Below are positions 14,017 through 27,617 of a DNA stretch of 64,000 nt, one piece after another. Below the pieces are notes generated by a model. That model made no database searches, was not told the DNA's origin, and saw only the letters and a list, made by a program, of their open reading frames with translations. Positions within the stretch are counted from its first letter, which is position 1. Each line of letters starts with the position of its first letter. Made by a program: the position numbers and the translations under genes. The stretch is from Anthoceros angustus (taxonomy: Eukaryota > Plantae > Anthocerotophyta): positions 620,001-684,000 of the forward strand of contig VJWM01000016.1 of NCBI GenBank assembly GCA_010909165.1. Reading direction: 5' to 3'.

Positions 14017-15859
14017 CTAGGAGGAGAAGGCAAAGAGCTATAGCACCAATCACCATACTTTGTTTATTACGCGTGACTCGGAAGGGCGTGCAAGCGGTGA
14101 CTTGTCATGTCCGTCAACGGTATGAGCGGGCACCAAACCATACCCATCCATTCCGCCAGCAGATGGTCATCGAGTTTTATTGGGTGACATGAGAAGTACA
14201 CGTAGTGATCAAAGAAGGACTTTCCCATCCCAGTTTAATTACGGTAATCATATACCCCACATTGTGAGGTATAAACCGTCCCTAGTCACACGACGACGCC
14301 GTGATCGACGGCAGAGCCAAGGGCGGCGGCACTCCATACCGGTCCTTGATGGCCGACAAGAGGAGAGCAACCTCCGTCCATCATCCTTGATGGCCATCGT
14401 CATTGACGAGCTGCCCTCGTCCTTGATGGGCATCGTCGGTTTCGGCACCAGCAACAACGATGTGCAAACACTTCGCAATGATCCACAAGCAGGTGAGGGA
14501 GCGGAATGTTGCGGGTTCTCAAATCATTCCACAACACTTCTGCACAGCATGAACTTGCAGGTTGGAGAAAAGGGCCAAACAAAAGTGTTCACATGCGGCG
14601 CCTCCCGAGCACCAATCCATACCGTGCGGTCACACGAACACCATGCCCGCACCGGTAGAAGGGACCACCTCGCTAGAGAAGGAACCACCTCGCCACCGAG
14701 CGGCAAGGCGTGAGGGATAGCAAGAGGAGGCACTCCCGTGAAGGCGGGACACCGCCCAACATTCCCATATGATCCTTGATGGCCATCGGCGGTATTTCCG
14801 GTTAGGCATGAAGATGGAGACATGCACACGCGCCTCGTCTGCGAGCTACCGGTGGATACCCACGGTGGTTTCGGCGGAAGCTCGTTGCGGCATACTTGCA
14901 CATGTCCGGTCAGGCGGCACAAGGTAGAGCGGCGGCGAGGCGTGTTTCCTGGAAGACAAGCTCGCCCTCGGATGCGAAGATGACCAAACAAAGGTAGTAG
15001 CGTGAAGCGAGGGCAAGGTGGTGACATTTAAAGCGGAACACGACGACCTTAGGCAGCCTCTTGTCCTCCGTGCCACATCGGGTTGCGGATGAGAGGATCT
15101 TGAATTTCGTTCCTTACATGTGAGAAAAGGAGACATGGCGGTGGCATGGCGGGCGTCATCGATGGCGGTTGGCGGTAAATTCATGGAGGGGCGGTGGCGC
15201 GGGGCAAGCGCGGAACACGAAGGTAGATGTCATGTCTCCCAAGGTCCGGATATCCTTTGCGGCAGTGCGGCCGGTGACGTCGAGGCCGTCACTTGGCGTC
15301 TGCCGAAGGTGTGAATACATGACACGTTACGCCATGTGGCGCGTTTGATTGGTGGATACTGGCAGGAGTCTCGAGCGATGCACATCATTATATGGGAGCG
15401 AATTGGCATATATGGCAAATTCACATACGGTCCTTCATTCATGGCATAATGAATGGGGGCATTTAGTTTGCTTGAATGGCTCTCACGTGCCACCTACCGT
15501 CCTTGCACAATGGTGTAGAAGAAGCGAGATAGAACAGGCGCGTCGTCAATGCACGACCGACATGGCATGTTTTCTACCATGCCACAGCTTTTCAAATATT
15601 AAAATGGCTTCACCACACCTTTCTTGGACAACGGTGGAGAAGACAAGTTTATGCGAGAGATAGGAGCCATTGTCTTTGGTTCATGGGTTGTAAGGCCATG
15701 ACATTGTCATGGCCTTCAACATAGGGGACCATACATGGCATGCATGGAGGAATGGCATACGTTGACACGGAAGGGAGCATACAAGAAGTATCGCGCGGTG
15801 AAGGCGCCATGGCAAGCCAAGGTTGCAGGTAGCATGGCACGCCACGAAGTCTCCCTCCT

Positions 15860-18800
15860 CTCTCCTCTTTCCTCCCTCCCCCACCGCACCGCGCCGCCCC
15901 ACGCCGGCACCACCACTCCCCACACACCATGGCCACCGTCATACCGTCATCACGGGGTTCCCTGGAATGTGGTCGCGGACATCATTGCCTCGCGGGCTGG
16001 ATCGGTAGGCAATGTGGTATGCTAGAACGGGCAAAGCATAAAAATAGCAAATTAACACATGCATGGTCCGTGGAGCATGGCGGGTTCTAAGTGGTCTTGC
16101 CTTGAATGGCATGCCACATCGTGGGCATTACCAGACGAAATGGCATTGCGAACACTTGTCCTTGGGTCGCCGATGATTAAATGCAATTGTCTTATTGGAG
16201 GAAGGAATGTATCATTTGTCCTTGTGTCACTGGTCCACAAAGGGCAAATTGTCTTATTGGAGGAAGGCATTGCTCAGGAATCATTTGTCCTTGTGTCACA
16301 ATCCACAAAGGGCAAATTCCTTGGCTCTCCAAATGGTCATCCGAATGGCCAAAATTGACATGAGGCAAAGACATGGTCATGACGAATGAGGAACATTTGT
16401 CCTTGGGTCACGAATGATCATGCATGATGGGAATGTATTGTCCTTGGACCACGCATAGCGGTAATGAACAATGGCAAATTATTGTCATCGATCGAAAATG
16501 ATCTTCCATAATGGGAAACATTTGTCCTTGGCTTTCGAAATGGTCATCCAGAATGGCCAAAAATTGACCTGAGGCCAAGGCATGGTCATGACGAATGAGG
16601 AACATTTGTCCTTGGGTCACGAAATGACCATACATAATGGGAATGTTTTGTCCTTGGACCACAAAATGCGCATGAGCAAAGGGAAATTATTTTCCTTCGA
16701 TGCAGATATGGTAATCCATAATGGGCTAAATTTGTCCTTGGATGACGAAAATCGTATAAACACGGGATGCCTATATATGCCAAACATGCATGGATGCCAT
16801 ATGTGCAGAATGGTGTGGTGGACAATCGCGAAGTTGCTGTGTTTTAGGCATGTGAATGCCACATGTACACATATAGGTGGTGGGCAACTCGAGTTTGTGC
16901 CCGTAAATCGGCATGCATGGCACATGAGCCGGTGGCATGCCCTAGGACTTCGCCTCTCCTCTTCCTCCTCCCCACACCGCCCACGCCGCACCACCACTCA
17001 CACCATGGCCACCGCCATACCGCCACCACGGGCTCGGAATGTGGTCGCGACATCGCCGCATCGCTGGATCGGCAATGTGGTATGCGAGAACGGGCAAAGC
17101 ATAAAAATAGCAAATTAACACATGCATGGTCCGTGGAGCATGGCGTGGTCTTGCTTGAATGGCATGCCACATGGCATTACCGACGAAATGGCATGAACAC
17201 TTGTCCTTGGGTCATATGATTAAATGCAAATTGTCTTATTGGAGGAATGCTCACAGAATCATTTGTCCTTGTGTCACAATGGTAATCCACAAAGGGCAAA
17301 TTCCCTTGGCTCTCCAAATGGTCATCCGTAATGGCCAAAATTGACATGAGGCAAAGACATGGTCATGACGAATGAGGAACATTTGTCCTTGGGTCAAGTG
17401 ATCATGCATGATGGGAATGTATTGTCCTTGGACCACGAACGGTAATGAACAATGGCAAATTAGTCGATCGAAAATGATCTTCCATAATGGGAAACATTTG
17501 TCCTTGGCTTTCGAAAATGGTCATCCGAATGGCCAAAATTGACCGAGGCCAAGGCATGGTCATGACAATGAGGAACATTTGTCCTTGGGTCACGAAATGA
17601 CCATACATACGGAATGTTTTGTCCTTGGACCACGAAATGCGCATGAGCAAAGGGAAATTATTTTCCTTCGATGCGGATATGGTAATCCATAATGGGCTAA
17701 ATTTGTCCTTGGATGACGAAAATCGTATAAACACGGGATGCCTATATATGCCAAACATGCATGGATGCCATATGTGCAGAATGGTGTGGTGGACAATCGC
17801 GAAGTTGCTGTGTTTTAGGCATGTGAATGCCACATGTACACATATAGGTGGTGGGCAACTCGAGTTTGTGCCCGAAATCGGCATGCATGGCACATGAGCC
17901 GGTGGCATGCCCTAGGACTTCGCCTCTCCTCTTCCTCCTCCCCACCGCACCGCCCACGCCGGCACCACCACTCCCCACACACCATGGCCACCGTCACCAT
18001 ACCGGCCCCTCGGAATGTGGTCGCGACATCGCCGCATCGCGGCTGGATCGTAGGCAATGTGGTATGCTAGAACGGGCAAAGCATAAAAATAGCAAATTAA
18101 CACATGCATGGTCCGTGGAGCATGGCAGTTCTAAGTCGGTCTTGCCTTGAAATGGCATGCCACATGTGGCATTACCGACGAAATGGCATTGAACACTTGT
18201 CCTTGGGTCATCATTAAATGCAAATTGTCTTATTGGAGGAATGGCATTGTGAATCATTTGTCCTTGTGAAATGGTAATCCACAAAGGCTCCTGGCTCTCC
18301 AAATGGTCATCCGTAATGGCCAAAATTGACATGAGGCAAAGACATGGTCATGACGAATGAGGAACATTTGTCCTTGGGTCAAGTGATCATGCATGATGGG
18401 AATGTATTGTCCTTGGACCAAACGGTAATGAACAATGGCAAATTATTGTCCGTCGATCGAAAATGATCTTCCATAATGGGAAACATTTGTCCTTGGCTTT
18501 CGAAAATGGTCATCCGAATGGCCAAAATTGACCGAGGCCAAGGCATGGTCATGAATGAGGAACATTTGTCCTTGGGTCACGAAATGACCATACATAACGG
18601 GAATGTTTTGTCCTTGGACCACGAAATGCGCATGAGCAAAGGGAAATTATTTTCCTTCGATGCAGATATGGTAATCCATAATGGGCTAAATTTGTCCTTG
18701 GATGACGAAAATCGTATAAACACGGGATGCCTATATATGCCAAACATGCATGGATGCCATATGTGCACAGAATGGTGTGGTGGACAATCGCCGAAGTTGC

Positions 18801-18950
18801 GCGCGGTGTTTTAGGCATGTGAATGCCACATGTGCACATATAGGTGGTGGGCGCAAACTCCGAGTTTGTGCCCGGCGAAATCGGCATGAATGGCACATGA
18901 GCCAGCTGGCATGCCCTAGGACTTCCGCCTCTTCTCCTCTTGCCCCTCTT
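15860..18950. repeat. Three ~1-kb tandem units carrying about 25 copies of TTGTCCTTG
   Basis: Units start near 15860, 16960 and 17930; 8-9 motif copies per unit, counted by eye. Confidence 0.9.
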
Positions 18951-19939
18951 CCCCATCACCACAGGTTACCTCACCGCCTTGTCGGCCATCGTCGAGTTCT
19001 GTTCACTTTTGTTATCGGTTGTGCATGTGCAGTGACTCGGTTGGCCTTCCTCGACCATGGTTTGGGACGTTGACTTTGAGGATTTGGGTGATCGCTTAAG
19101 CACGGAACAACGCCGCCAATCCGGCCGGATGTCGGTGCCCATAACGCCGCCCGGAAGGAGGAGTTGGGGCCCATCGACGGCTTGCGCCATCGCCGAGAGG
19201 GAGAGGCCGAAGCCGGAAAATGGTCCACAAGGGGACTTGGCGCAGAGCGAGGCAGGCGGCCGGATGGAAGCACGGGATGGTGGAAGCGCGCAAGTGAGGT
19301 GGGCGCGGTCGTGGAAAGCCGATTCCACCAAGTGGAGGGTGGATGCCATGGCGTGGAGCGGAAGCGGCGAGAGGTGGAGGTGCCGGAGGAGCCTTCAGAG
19401 TGGAGTCTGCTGCCAAGAGGCGGGCGATGCTCGCGGCCGGAAGTGGAGTGGGTGTCTCCACAGTGGGGAGCTAACGCCACTGCTTCTGCAGGAGAGATTC
19501 CAAAGGCTGAGGAGGGATGCCAGGCGGCGACATCCGGAGGGAACGAGGACATTGGCCTTAGTCTGGAGCTTGAGGGCATGTCCAACTTGAGGAGCATGGT
19601 GGTGGTGCACAAGAGGGTGACCGTGGCCGAGAGAGATGGCATACGTTTGTGGACCTTCCGCCGGTGGCGGACAACCCCAACAACGTGGCGGAGGGAGCCT
19701 TTGGAGGAGGAGACTCCTGCGGTGGGAGTGGAGTGCTGGTGGGCCGTTGCGGAGGAGGGCCAAGGAGCGCATGCCTATGATGGTGAGGAGGCGGTGAGGA
19801 GGAGGACACCGGTAGAGGATGGGGAGGCGGGAGCGAGGAGGAAGATGTGGAGATGGCGGATGCCGAGGTCGAGGAAGACATGCCGACTACATTGCCAGAC
19901 ATGAAATTGGAGAATTGACGGAGCACTGGCCGGTAAGCC

Positions 19940-21270
19940 ATTAGACGATGTCATAGCCGTGTTGTGCAGCTACATGGCGTGGTGGCGTGTACATGGCGTG
20001 AGCCGGTTGCGATGGAGGGTGGATAGAGAATGAGGAGGAGGATGAAGAGTCGTCCGATGAGGAAGGACGAGTGAGGAAGGCCTTCCACCGGTGTGTTGGA
20101 GCTAGTGTGTGCAAAATGGAGTGATGGTGCCATGGTCGAGCCACGACGAAAGTTTGAGAAAAGGCGGTGAGGAAGGTAGAGTATGAGTTTGCAAGTATAG
20201 AGCGAGGATATTGTGGCGGTTTGCGGTGCATCGCGGACAAGGAACCACAATGTGGGCAAGAAGGTGCGCAAGTGCAATTACGTGGAGGGAGAAGGGAAGG
20301 ATGCAAAATGGTTGCATCCGCCTAATGTGAGCACGAAGGCATGGAGAAAGGGTGCGGCAAGCCGTGGTGACGTTGCAGCATGGGGTGTGTGGCCAACACC
20401 GCAAGCCGCGTCGGCAAGAATTGCAACGAGCATGGGACGAATCCCTTTGGTCCAAGAGGAGCAAAGGAGTTCGAGAAACGGTATGTCCAACGCGGGAGGG
20501 AGCGCAACTGGATGAGTTGAAGTGGGCAGCAAGGCATGGATTGGATCTTGAGATCGGAGTGGTAAAATAGTCGTTGATTAATGGAATGCTTGGTTGTGAT
20601 ATGTAGGTTTCGCTATGTGGGCGTGGTGGCGGCGTGTACATGGCGTGAGCCGTTATGCGATGGAGGGTGGATAGAGAATGAGGAGGAGGATGAAGAGTCG
20701 ATGAGGAAGGACGAGTGAGGAAGGCCTTCCACCGGTGTGTTGGAGCTAGTGTGTGCAAAATGGAGTGATGGTGCCATGGTCGAGCCACGACGAAAGTTTG
20801 CGAGAAAGACCGGTGAGGAAGGTAGAGTATGAGTTTGCAAGTATAGCGCGAGGATATTGTGGCGTTTGCGGTGCATCGCGGACAAGGAACCACAATGTGG
20901 GCAAGAAGGTGCGCAAGTGCAGTGTGGAGGAGAAGGGAAGGATGCAAAATGGTTGCATCCGCCTAATGTGAGCGAAGGCATGGAGAAAGGGTGCGGCAAG
21001 CCGTGGTGACGCGTTGCAGCATGGGGTGTGTGGCCAACACCACGGCCGCCGCAACGTCGGCAAGAATTGCGCACGAGCATGGGACGAATCCCTTTGGTCC
21101 AAGAGCAAAGGAGTTCGAGAAACGTATGTCCAACGCTGGGAGGGAGCGCAACCGGATGAGTTGAAGTGGGCAGCAAGGCATGGATTGGACAAAGATGCCG
21201 AGTAATCGAGTGGTAAAATAGTCGTTGACGTTAATGGAATGCTTGGTTGTGATATGTAGGTTTCGCTATG
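19940..21270. repeat. ~0.67-kb tandem duplication (19940-20620 / 20625-21270)
   Basis: Matching blocks that differ mainly by small indels. Confidence 0.85.
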
Positions 21271-22609
21271 TAGGACGTGAGTAAGTGATGCGTGTGCATG
21301 ATGCGGGGAAGAAGGGAAGGAAAAGCGTGGAAGGTGAAGGCCAGTCGTGAAGGAAGGCAGAACCCGGTGGAGAGAAGGAAGATGGAGGAAGGTGCCAAAC
21401 AGGGGAGCGTCACCGTCAAGTGATGCCGGAGGCAACGTGGATGGTGGGGATCATGGAGGTGTGATGGCAGTGCCACCGACAAGGCGTATCACACGATCCG
21501 TGTCAAAAGCGTGAGTAGGGTGGCAACCCATCGAGAGATTGAATGCTATTCGCTTGCTGCGTAATTGTGGAAGTGGTGATTTGGCAGCCTATGGGGCCGA
21601 GGAAGGGCTAGCCATTGAGGCTAGTGGGTCGAATGCCGCCACGAAGGTGGACCACACCAGACGAAACGAGGAGGTCCGAGCGAAGAGGGTCAAGCAAAAG
21701 ACAACGGTGTTGAAGGCGAGGAGTCGAGTCGGACGGTGGCGAAGGGGTGTAGGCGCAAGTGACATAGGAATGGTTGGTACCATCTATGGGTAGGGGCCGT
21801 TTGTGGAGGGGAATGTAAATGGTCGAGATGTTTTCTCGGACGATGGAGTCGCGCATGGGTGGACCGGTGATGGTCAATTAGCAACAAACAAGAGGGAATT
21901 GGTCCGCCCACCTTTGTAGCCCGGCATTGACATGGCCTCTTGTGAAAGTGGTTATAGAGGTCATTTGGATAGGTGTAGGAAGATGTGGAGGAACCACAGA
22001 AACCATTGGTGTTGGTCAAGAGTCACCAAGTGACGTCGCGTCGCCGATTCAGTTCAGAGGCACATGTTGGTGGTGCACGCCAGACGCATATGCCCATATC
22101 ACGTGGAGTTCGTATTGCATCGGGAAACAAAGGCAAGGGATAGAGGGGATTGAAGTGTCCAAAAATTTGATTTAAATTGTCAATAAAATCAAACACTTAG
22201 ATATGTAAGGTATGAGAGTGACGTAAGGGTTAGCACATATATATTATTATATAAACAAGTCTTGATGCCTATATACGTACGTATATACGTATACAAAGAG
22301 GCCTGTAAATACACTAATATAATAGAAGTATAACAGATGGATGTGTACATATAAACGTACACATACTTATGTCTTGAAGCCTACAAACATATATATGTAT
22401 ATTGAGTATATGCAAAGGAGGTAAAAGGAAGGAAGAACTAGAGAGAGGTGTAACAAGCAAGTTGAAAGAGGAATAGTGGAAGAGTATAAAATGGTGTGAT
22501 AGGGGAGGTCCTTCTCACCATGAAGGAGGAGGAGAAGTGAAAGAGTATAAAAGGGTGTGATAAGGGGCAATAAATAGGGGAGGGTGAGGGAGAGGAGAGA
22601 GACCAAGTA

Positions 22610-22986
22610 TTGTGTTAAGATGGGGTGAGAAGCTGGATAAGAAAAGGACACCTTGAACACCAAGCCACCATAAAGTGTTGCAATATTGAAGTGGTACATG
22701 AAGTGAGAGACCAAGCATTGTGTTAGGATGGTGGGAGAAGGAAGAGAAAGAATGGACCAACTTAACACCAAGCCATCAAACCATGCTGGAAGTTGGAAGT
22801 GGGAAATTATTAACAATGCTTGTGAGAGAGGGGGTGTACCCAGAAGGGGGAGGGGGGAAGAGATAGTGTCAGGTTCGTGTTAAGATGGCAGCACCAAACG
22901 GGGACAGAACTAACAAACTTAATACCAACCCTCCAAAACATGTTGCAATGTGGAAGTGTAACAAAAATTGCAACATCCATCAGAAT
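22610..22986. repeat. Right subterminal repeats (TGTTGCAA, GTGTTAAGAT, TGTAACA)
   Basis: Same motif family as the left end. Confidence 0.75.
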
Positions 22987-23010
22987 ATAGGGTGCCCTTT
23001 TCTAGTAGGG
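22987..23010 (-). repeat. Right TIR ATAGGGTGCCCTTTTCTAGTAGGG
   Basis: Exact reverse complement of 2482-2505, followed by the AAA TSD. Confidence 0.95.
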
Positions 23011-24002
23011 AAAGATGTAGCCACCGCAAACTTATCGGCAACAAGTTTTCGACCTTTCTTGCGTGTCGCAGAAACGCCTTCTGCAAACGTGCTCTGGAAA
23101 ACTGTGGGTAGTGCCACAGCGACGTTGATGCATGTACTTCAAAAAGCCGTCGAAGGGTCAAGGGGCCGCGAGGAAGGCGAGAAGAGGAAACACGCATCAC
23201 TACAAAGAAAGACAACAGCCTGGCAACTGAGAGCGCAGGAAAGTGAAAAGAACCTGGCGGCGAGTTGGGCAGTGGACTAGCGTAAGATATGGCTGGTGAA
23301 GGTAGAAGGACCAGTCAGCGCCGTGGTGGGTGGTGGGGCGTGGAACGAAACACGAGCTTGGCAGCGTGGTGGGCGGCAGGCGTAGGAGAGAACCAACAGA
23401 CACCAACCTGAGAGTGCAGTGTGGGTGTGTGATGGCGTCCTGTGGAGAAGAAGATGTCAGGACAAGGTCAGTGAGGGAAAATCAAGGGAAAAGGCAGCGA
23501 TGTTCAAAGTGATGAGAGCAAAACAAACCCAACCTGACCTTTCTTCTGGTCGCACGAAGCTCCTCTGCAACGTTGTCCCCTTTGTCACCTGAGGTGGTCA
23601 GTTATCAGCTGTGACGTGAAGAGAGCTCTCCGCTGAGGCATGGGAGCAGAGGAGACCATGACCTTCACGCCTGCATCCTTCACGCCCACGAGAGATTTAG
23701 GGAGAACACAATGCGTGTTGGGCGACATGAGCGGAGAGCCGCTATGTAGTCCGCTTTAGGGTTCCAAGGTTCGAGGGTCTCTCAGTGCTTTTGACCCGGC
23801 CCGCAGCTTCGCTTACGCTTAGAGCTTCGGATTTTAGGTTTGGACCGCATGGCTAGGTTTGGACTAGACCGATTAGGTTTGGTTGAGGGTGTGGCGGCGG
23901 CGGTCGAATGGCGAACCGCGGTTGGTTGATGTCGGCTCGGAAGCTTAGGTTCTCGCACTTTCAAATTAGGTCCGTAGAGAGAGAGTGGCGGCAGCAGAAC
24001 GG

Positions 24003-24024
24003 TAGGGTTTGGTGGCCTATATAA
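24003..24024 (+). promoter_or_regulatory. Telo-box (TAGGGTTT) and TATA box (TATATAA), likely promoter of the recombinase gene
   Basis: Motifs at 24003-24010 and 24018-24024, upstream of a T-rich, intron-like leader. Confidence 0.45.
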
Positions 24025-24229
24025 GGCGCTCGGTTGGCGATTGGAAGTCTTTTCGTCTTTGCATGCGGTTGGAGTCGAGCATGAGTCATGTGTGTTAGGT
24101 TTTGTCGCATGTGAATGTCATGTGTGTTAGGTTTTCCTCCGGTCATTCTGAAGTGATGGAGGCGAGGTGCGCTTGTGTTTCGTGCTTAGCGCTCAATGTG
24201 TAGGGAAGGCCAAATTGTGTGTGTTCTTT

Positions 24230-27160
24230 GAAGTTGTATTTCAAGGCCAAGGCTCTTTCATTTTCTTACGTCAAGTCCAAGGTTTTGAGGTACCGCTTTT
24301 GGCGCACTCATAGTGTAGACCGCCTGTGGTGTCGTTCCTGCGCTACTATTTGTTTTCGCGCCGCTTAAGGGCTTCTGTGGTCTCCAAGGCTTCGACGTGT
24401 TGAGTTCTAGTTTCGGTGCCATTGTTCTTTACGCCTGCTTCCAAGGCTAAGGCCTTCGTGCCGTGTCCTTCAAGGCCTAGGTGTTCGTGCCCGCTCGAAG
24501 GCTAAGTGTTTGTTCAAGTTTTCTGTGCTCGCCTGCCGACGGCCTTTGTTCAAGGTTCTTTCGTGCTCGCCCAAGGCATGCCTTTTCGTTGTTTTGTTCA
24601 AGGCCAAGGTCCGCCGAAAGTTCTTTCAAGGCCAAGGTCGTTTTGTCTTTGTTTTGGTTCTTCAAAGGCGGGGTTTCCATGTCCAAGATCAAGGTGTCTC
24701 TGCACCTAACGCCCGTGTTTTTGCGTCAAGGCCAAGGTGTTTTGGCACCGGCGCGTGTTCGCTTTAGGGTGAAGGCCCTTTGCTCAATTCGGTTTCTTTT
24801 GCGCTTTTATGTTGTTTTGTTCGCTTTCTTGTTCTTTCCATTGTTGTTTTGGCTTCGCTTTTGTGCGGTTTTGGTCTCGATTGTCCTGTGGCCGTATGTT
24901 TTGGCTCGCTCGGGTCTTTGTTTTCGCTTTGTTTTCGTATGTCGCCGTCATACGCGGCGTATGCCTTGTTCTTTTAGGGAATGACGCATGCATAGATGCG
25001 ATACGCTACGAATTCTTTGTTTTGTTCGCTTTAGGGTGAAGGCCAAGGTGTTTTTGTTTTTGTTGCGCTTGGCTTAGTTTGTAAGGTCACCGCATGCATA
25101 GATGTTTTCGCTTGTTTTCGTTTTTTGCGCCGGTTCGTTTTTATGAAAACGACCAGTAACTCTCTTCGACTTAGAGCTTTCGAGGTTTTGTGGTTGCAGC
25201 TTGGCTTAGTTTGTAAGGTCAGCTGCATGGTGTGATGATTTTACTCCTCTGTCAGCGTCTTCTTTGTTTCATTGTCTTCTTACCATCTTGCTTTTTTTGA
25301 TGCAGTCAAGTTCTCCCGAAAATTTGAACTCTTAGTTCGGCACCCAGCTTGGTACGTAATTGACAGAGCAGTACTGTTCATTTGTGTCCAGTTTCACCCA
25401 GCTTTGTACGCAATCGATGTAGTCTTGTTCATTGTCTTCTTACTATCTGTTCGCTCTGATGCAGTCAAGTTTTCCCGCCAAAGTTGGACTCTCAGTTCGG
25501 TTCCCAACCTGGTACGTTATTGACAACGTCACCGTTTGTTGAATTCTGTGGTTTTGGTTATTATTGTACGTGCATTGTCAGGCTTCAATCCGTTTCTGTC
25601 TCATTCTTATTCTAAGGTCCTTGCTTTGATGCAGACAATCTGCCTGGACGTATAAGGCGTTTTGTTCGGGTGTAACCCTGCATATGGTATGTGAACTGAT
25701 TTTAAACTTGATGATTTCTCCTCATTGATAATTACCTCGTTGTCTTTTAACGTAGCTGTGAGTTCTCTGTGAATAATCTAATTCTTTACCTGTGTGTGTA
25801 GGCTTTATTGTTCATCGTGTGAAGGGTTGACCGCCAACATTCTCGATTCTCGTGCTCGTCAAGGCTCATGCCTTTTGGTGTTTGTTCAAGGCCAAGGTCT
25901 CGAAAGTTCTTTCAAGGCCAAGGTCGCTTTGCCGCTTTGTTTTGGTTCTTCAAAGGCGGGGTTTCCATGTCCAAGATCAAGGTGTCTCTGCACCTAACGC
26001 CCGTGTTTTTGTCGGCCCGGGCCAAGGTGTTTTGGCACCGGCGGTGTGTGTTCGCTTTAGGGTGAAGGCCTTCGCTCAATTCGGTTTCTTTTCGCTTTTA
26101 TGTTGTTTCCGTTTTCGCTTGTTCTTTCCATTGTTGTTTTGGCTTCGCTTTTGTGCGGTTTTGGTCTCGATTGTCCTGTGGCCGTGTTTTGGCTCGCTCG
26201 GGTCTTTGTTTTGCACGCTTGTATGTCGTGTCAGATACGTTTCGCGCCTCTTGTCTTTTAGGGAATGACCGCATGCATAGATGTTTTCTCGATTCTTGTC
26301 TCATCGCTTTTGTTATTCTTGTTGCGTTGTTTCGAGTGTTCGTGTTTTTGTGGACGCTTGGTTCCGCCGCTTTTATGAAACGACCAGCAGAATTATTTTC
26401 TCCATAGCTTTGAACTTTTTAGGCTTAGATAAAGGTCACCGCATGTCGTGGTGATTGTGCTCTTGTATGCCAGACTGAGTGCATGTGATTCTAGTGAGTG
26501 TTTCTTGTTTTGACCAGGCCGGTTCGCTTTTATGAAACGACCAGTAACTCTCTCGACTTAAAGCTTCGAGGTTTTGTGGTTGCGCTTGGCTTAGTTTGTA
26601 AGGTCACCGCATGGTGTGATTTTACTCCTTAGCGTCTTCTTTGTTTCATTGTCTTCTTACCATCTTGCTTTTTGATGCGCCAAGTTCTCCAAAATTTGAA
26701 CTCTTAGTTCGCACCCAGTACGTAATCGTAAATAAGATCGTTCATTTGTGTCTAGTTTCACCTTTTTGTACGCAATCGATGTAGTCTTGTTCATTGTCTT
26801 CTTACTATCCGCTCGCCTGGTCAAGTTTTCCGCCAAAGTTGGACTCTCGAGTTCGGCACCAACCACGCGTTATTGACAACGCCACCGCTTTGTTGAATTG
26901 TGTGGTTTTGGTTATTATTACGTGCATTGTCGGCTTCAATCGTCTCATTCTTATTCTAAGGTTCTTGCTTTGATGCATACCGGACGATATAGCTTTTGTT
27001 CGGTGTAACCTCGCATATGGTATGTGAACTTTTAAACTTGATGATTTCTCCTCATTGATAATTACCTCGTTGTCTTTTAACGTAGTGAGTTCTCTGTGAA
27101 TAATCTAATTCTTTACCCGTGTAGGCTTTATTGTTCATCGTGTGAAGGGTTGACCAACAT
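24230..27160 (+). repeat. T-rich leader with more than 20 CAAGG / CAAGGCCAAGG motifs and a ~1.35-kb duplication (24500-25830 / 25850-27160)
   Basis: Read directly. Confidence 0.8.
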
Positions 27161-27617
27161 TACGTCTGCATGTGAATCAGGATAACCATTTCGCCTGAAT
27201 TTGAAGTCATGATTAAATCTCGTAGTTTGCGTTGTCTGTTGCGCTGTTTGTGTACTGCGGATAACCTTATTTTTGTTTGTTTTTTTCCTCTTAAATCTAA
27301 CTTGCCGACAAAGTCTTCTATTACAGGAAGTATGTGGGTGTTGTTTGAAAAGGAGTTATCTGTTCTCACTAACCAAAAGTGGAGGGGATTTCAATATTTA
27401 ACAATGTGTATATTCAATGAATGTGTCGTGCCATATCCCCCCCATCCCTATCCTCGTCCTCGATTGTTTTATAATCAATTGTTAGACCCTTCAGCAGGTT
27501 CCTATCTGGAAGTTCTGAACACCATGTAAGTGCTTTCTTTATTTTGTCTTTTTGTCAACTTCCTGCAGGATGTTTGTGTTGTCAAGTTCCTTGACCACTC
27601 AATTCTCGCTTTTGCAG

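Larger units (their letters stand above)
2482..23010 (-). mobile_element. EnSpm/CACTA (CMC superfamily) DNA transposon, 20,529 bp, with CCCTA termini
   Basis: Perfect 24-bp TIR pair, 3-bp TSD AAA (2479-2481 and 23011-23013), subterminal repeats and internal TnpD domains. Confidence 0.93.

Noticed and set aside
22270-22287. 18-bp palindrome TATATACGTACGTATATA
   Set aside because: Lies in low-complexity purine-pyrimidine alternating sequence where palindromes arise by chance.
23755-26060. TTTAGGG/TTAGGT motifs as an interstitial telomere
   Set aside because: Scattered single copies, not a tandem array; at most telo-boxes.
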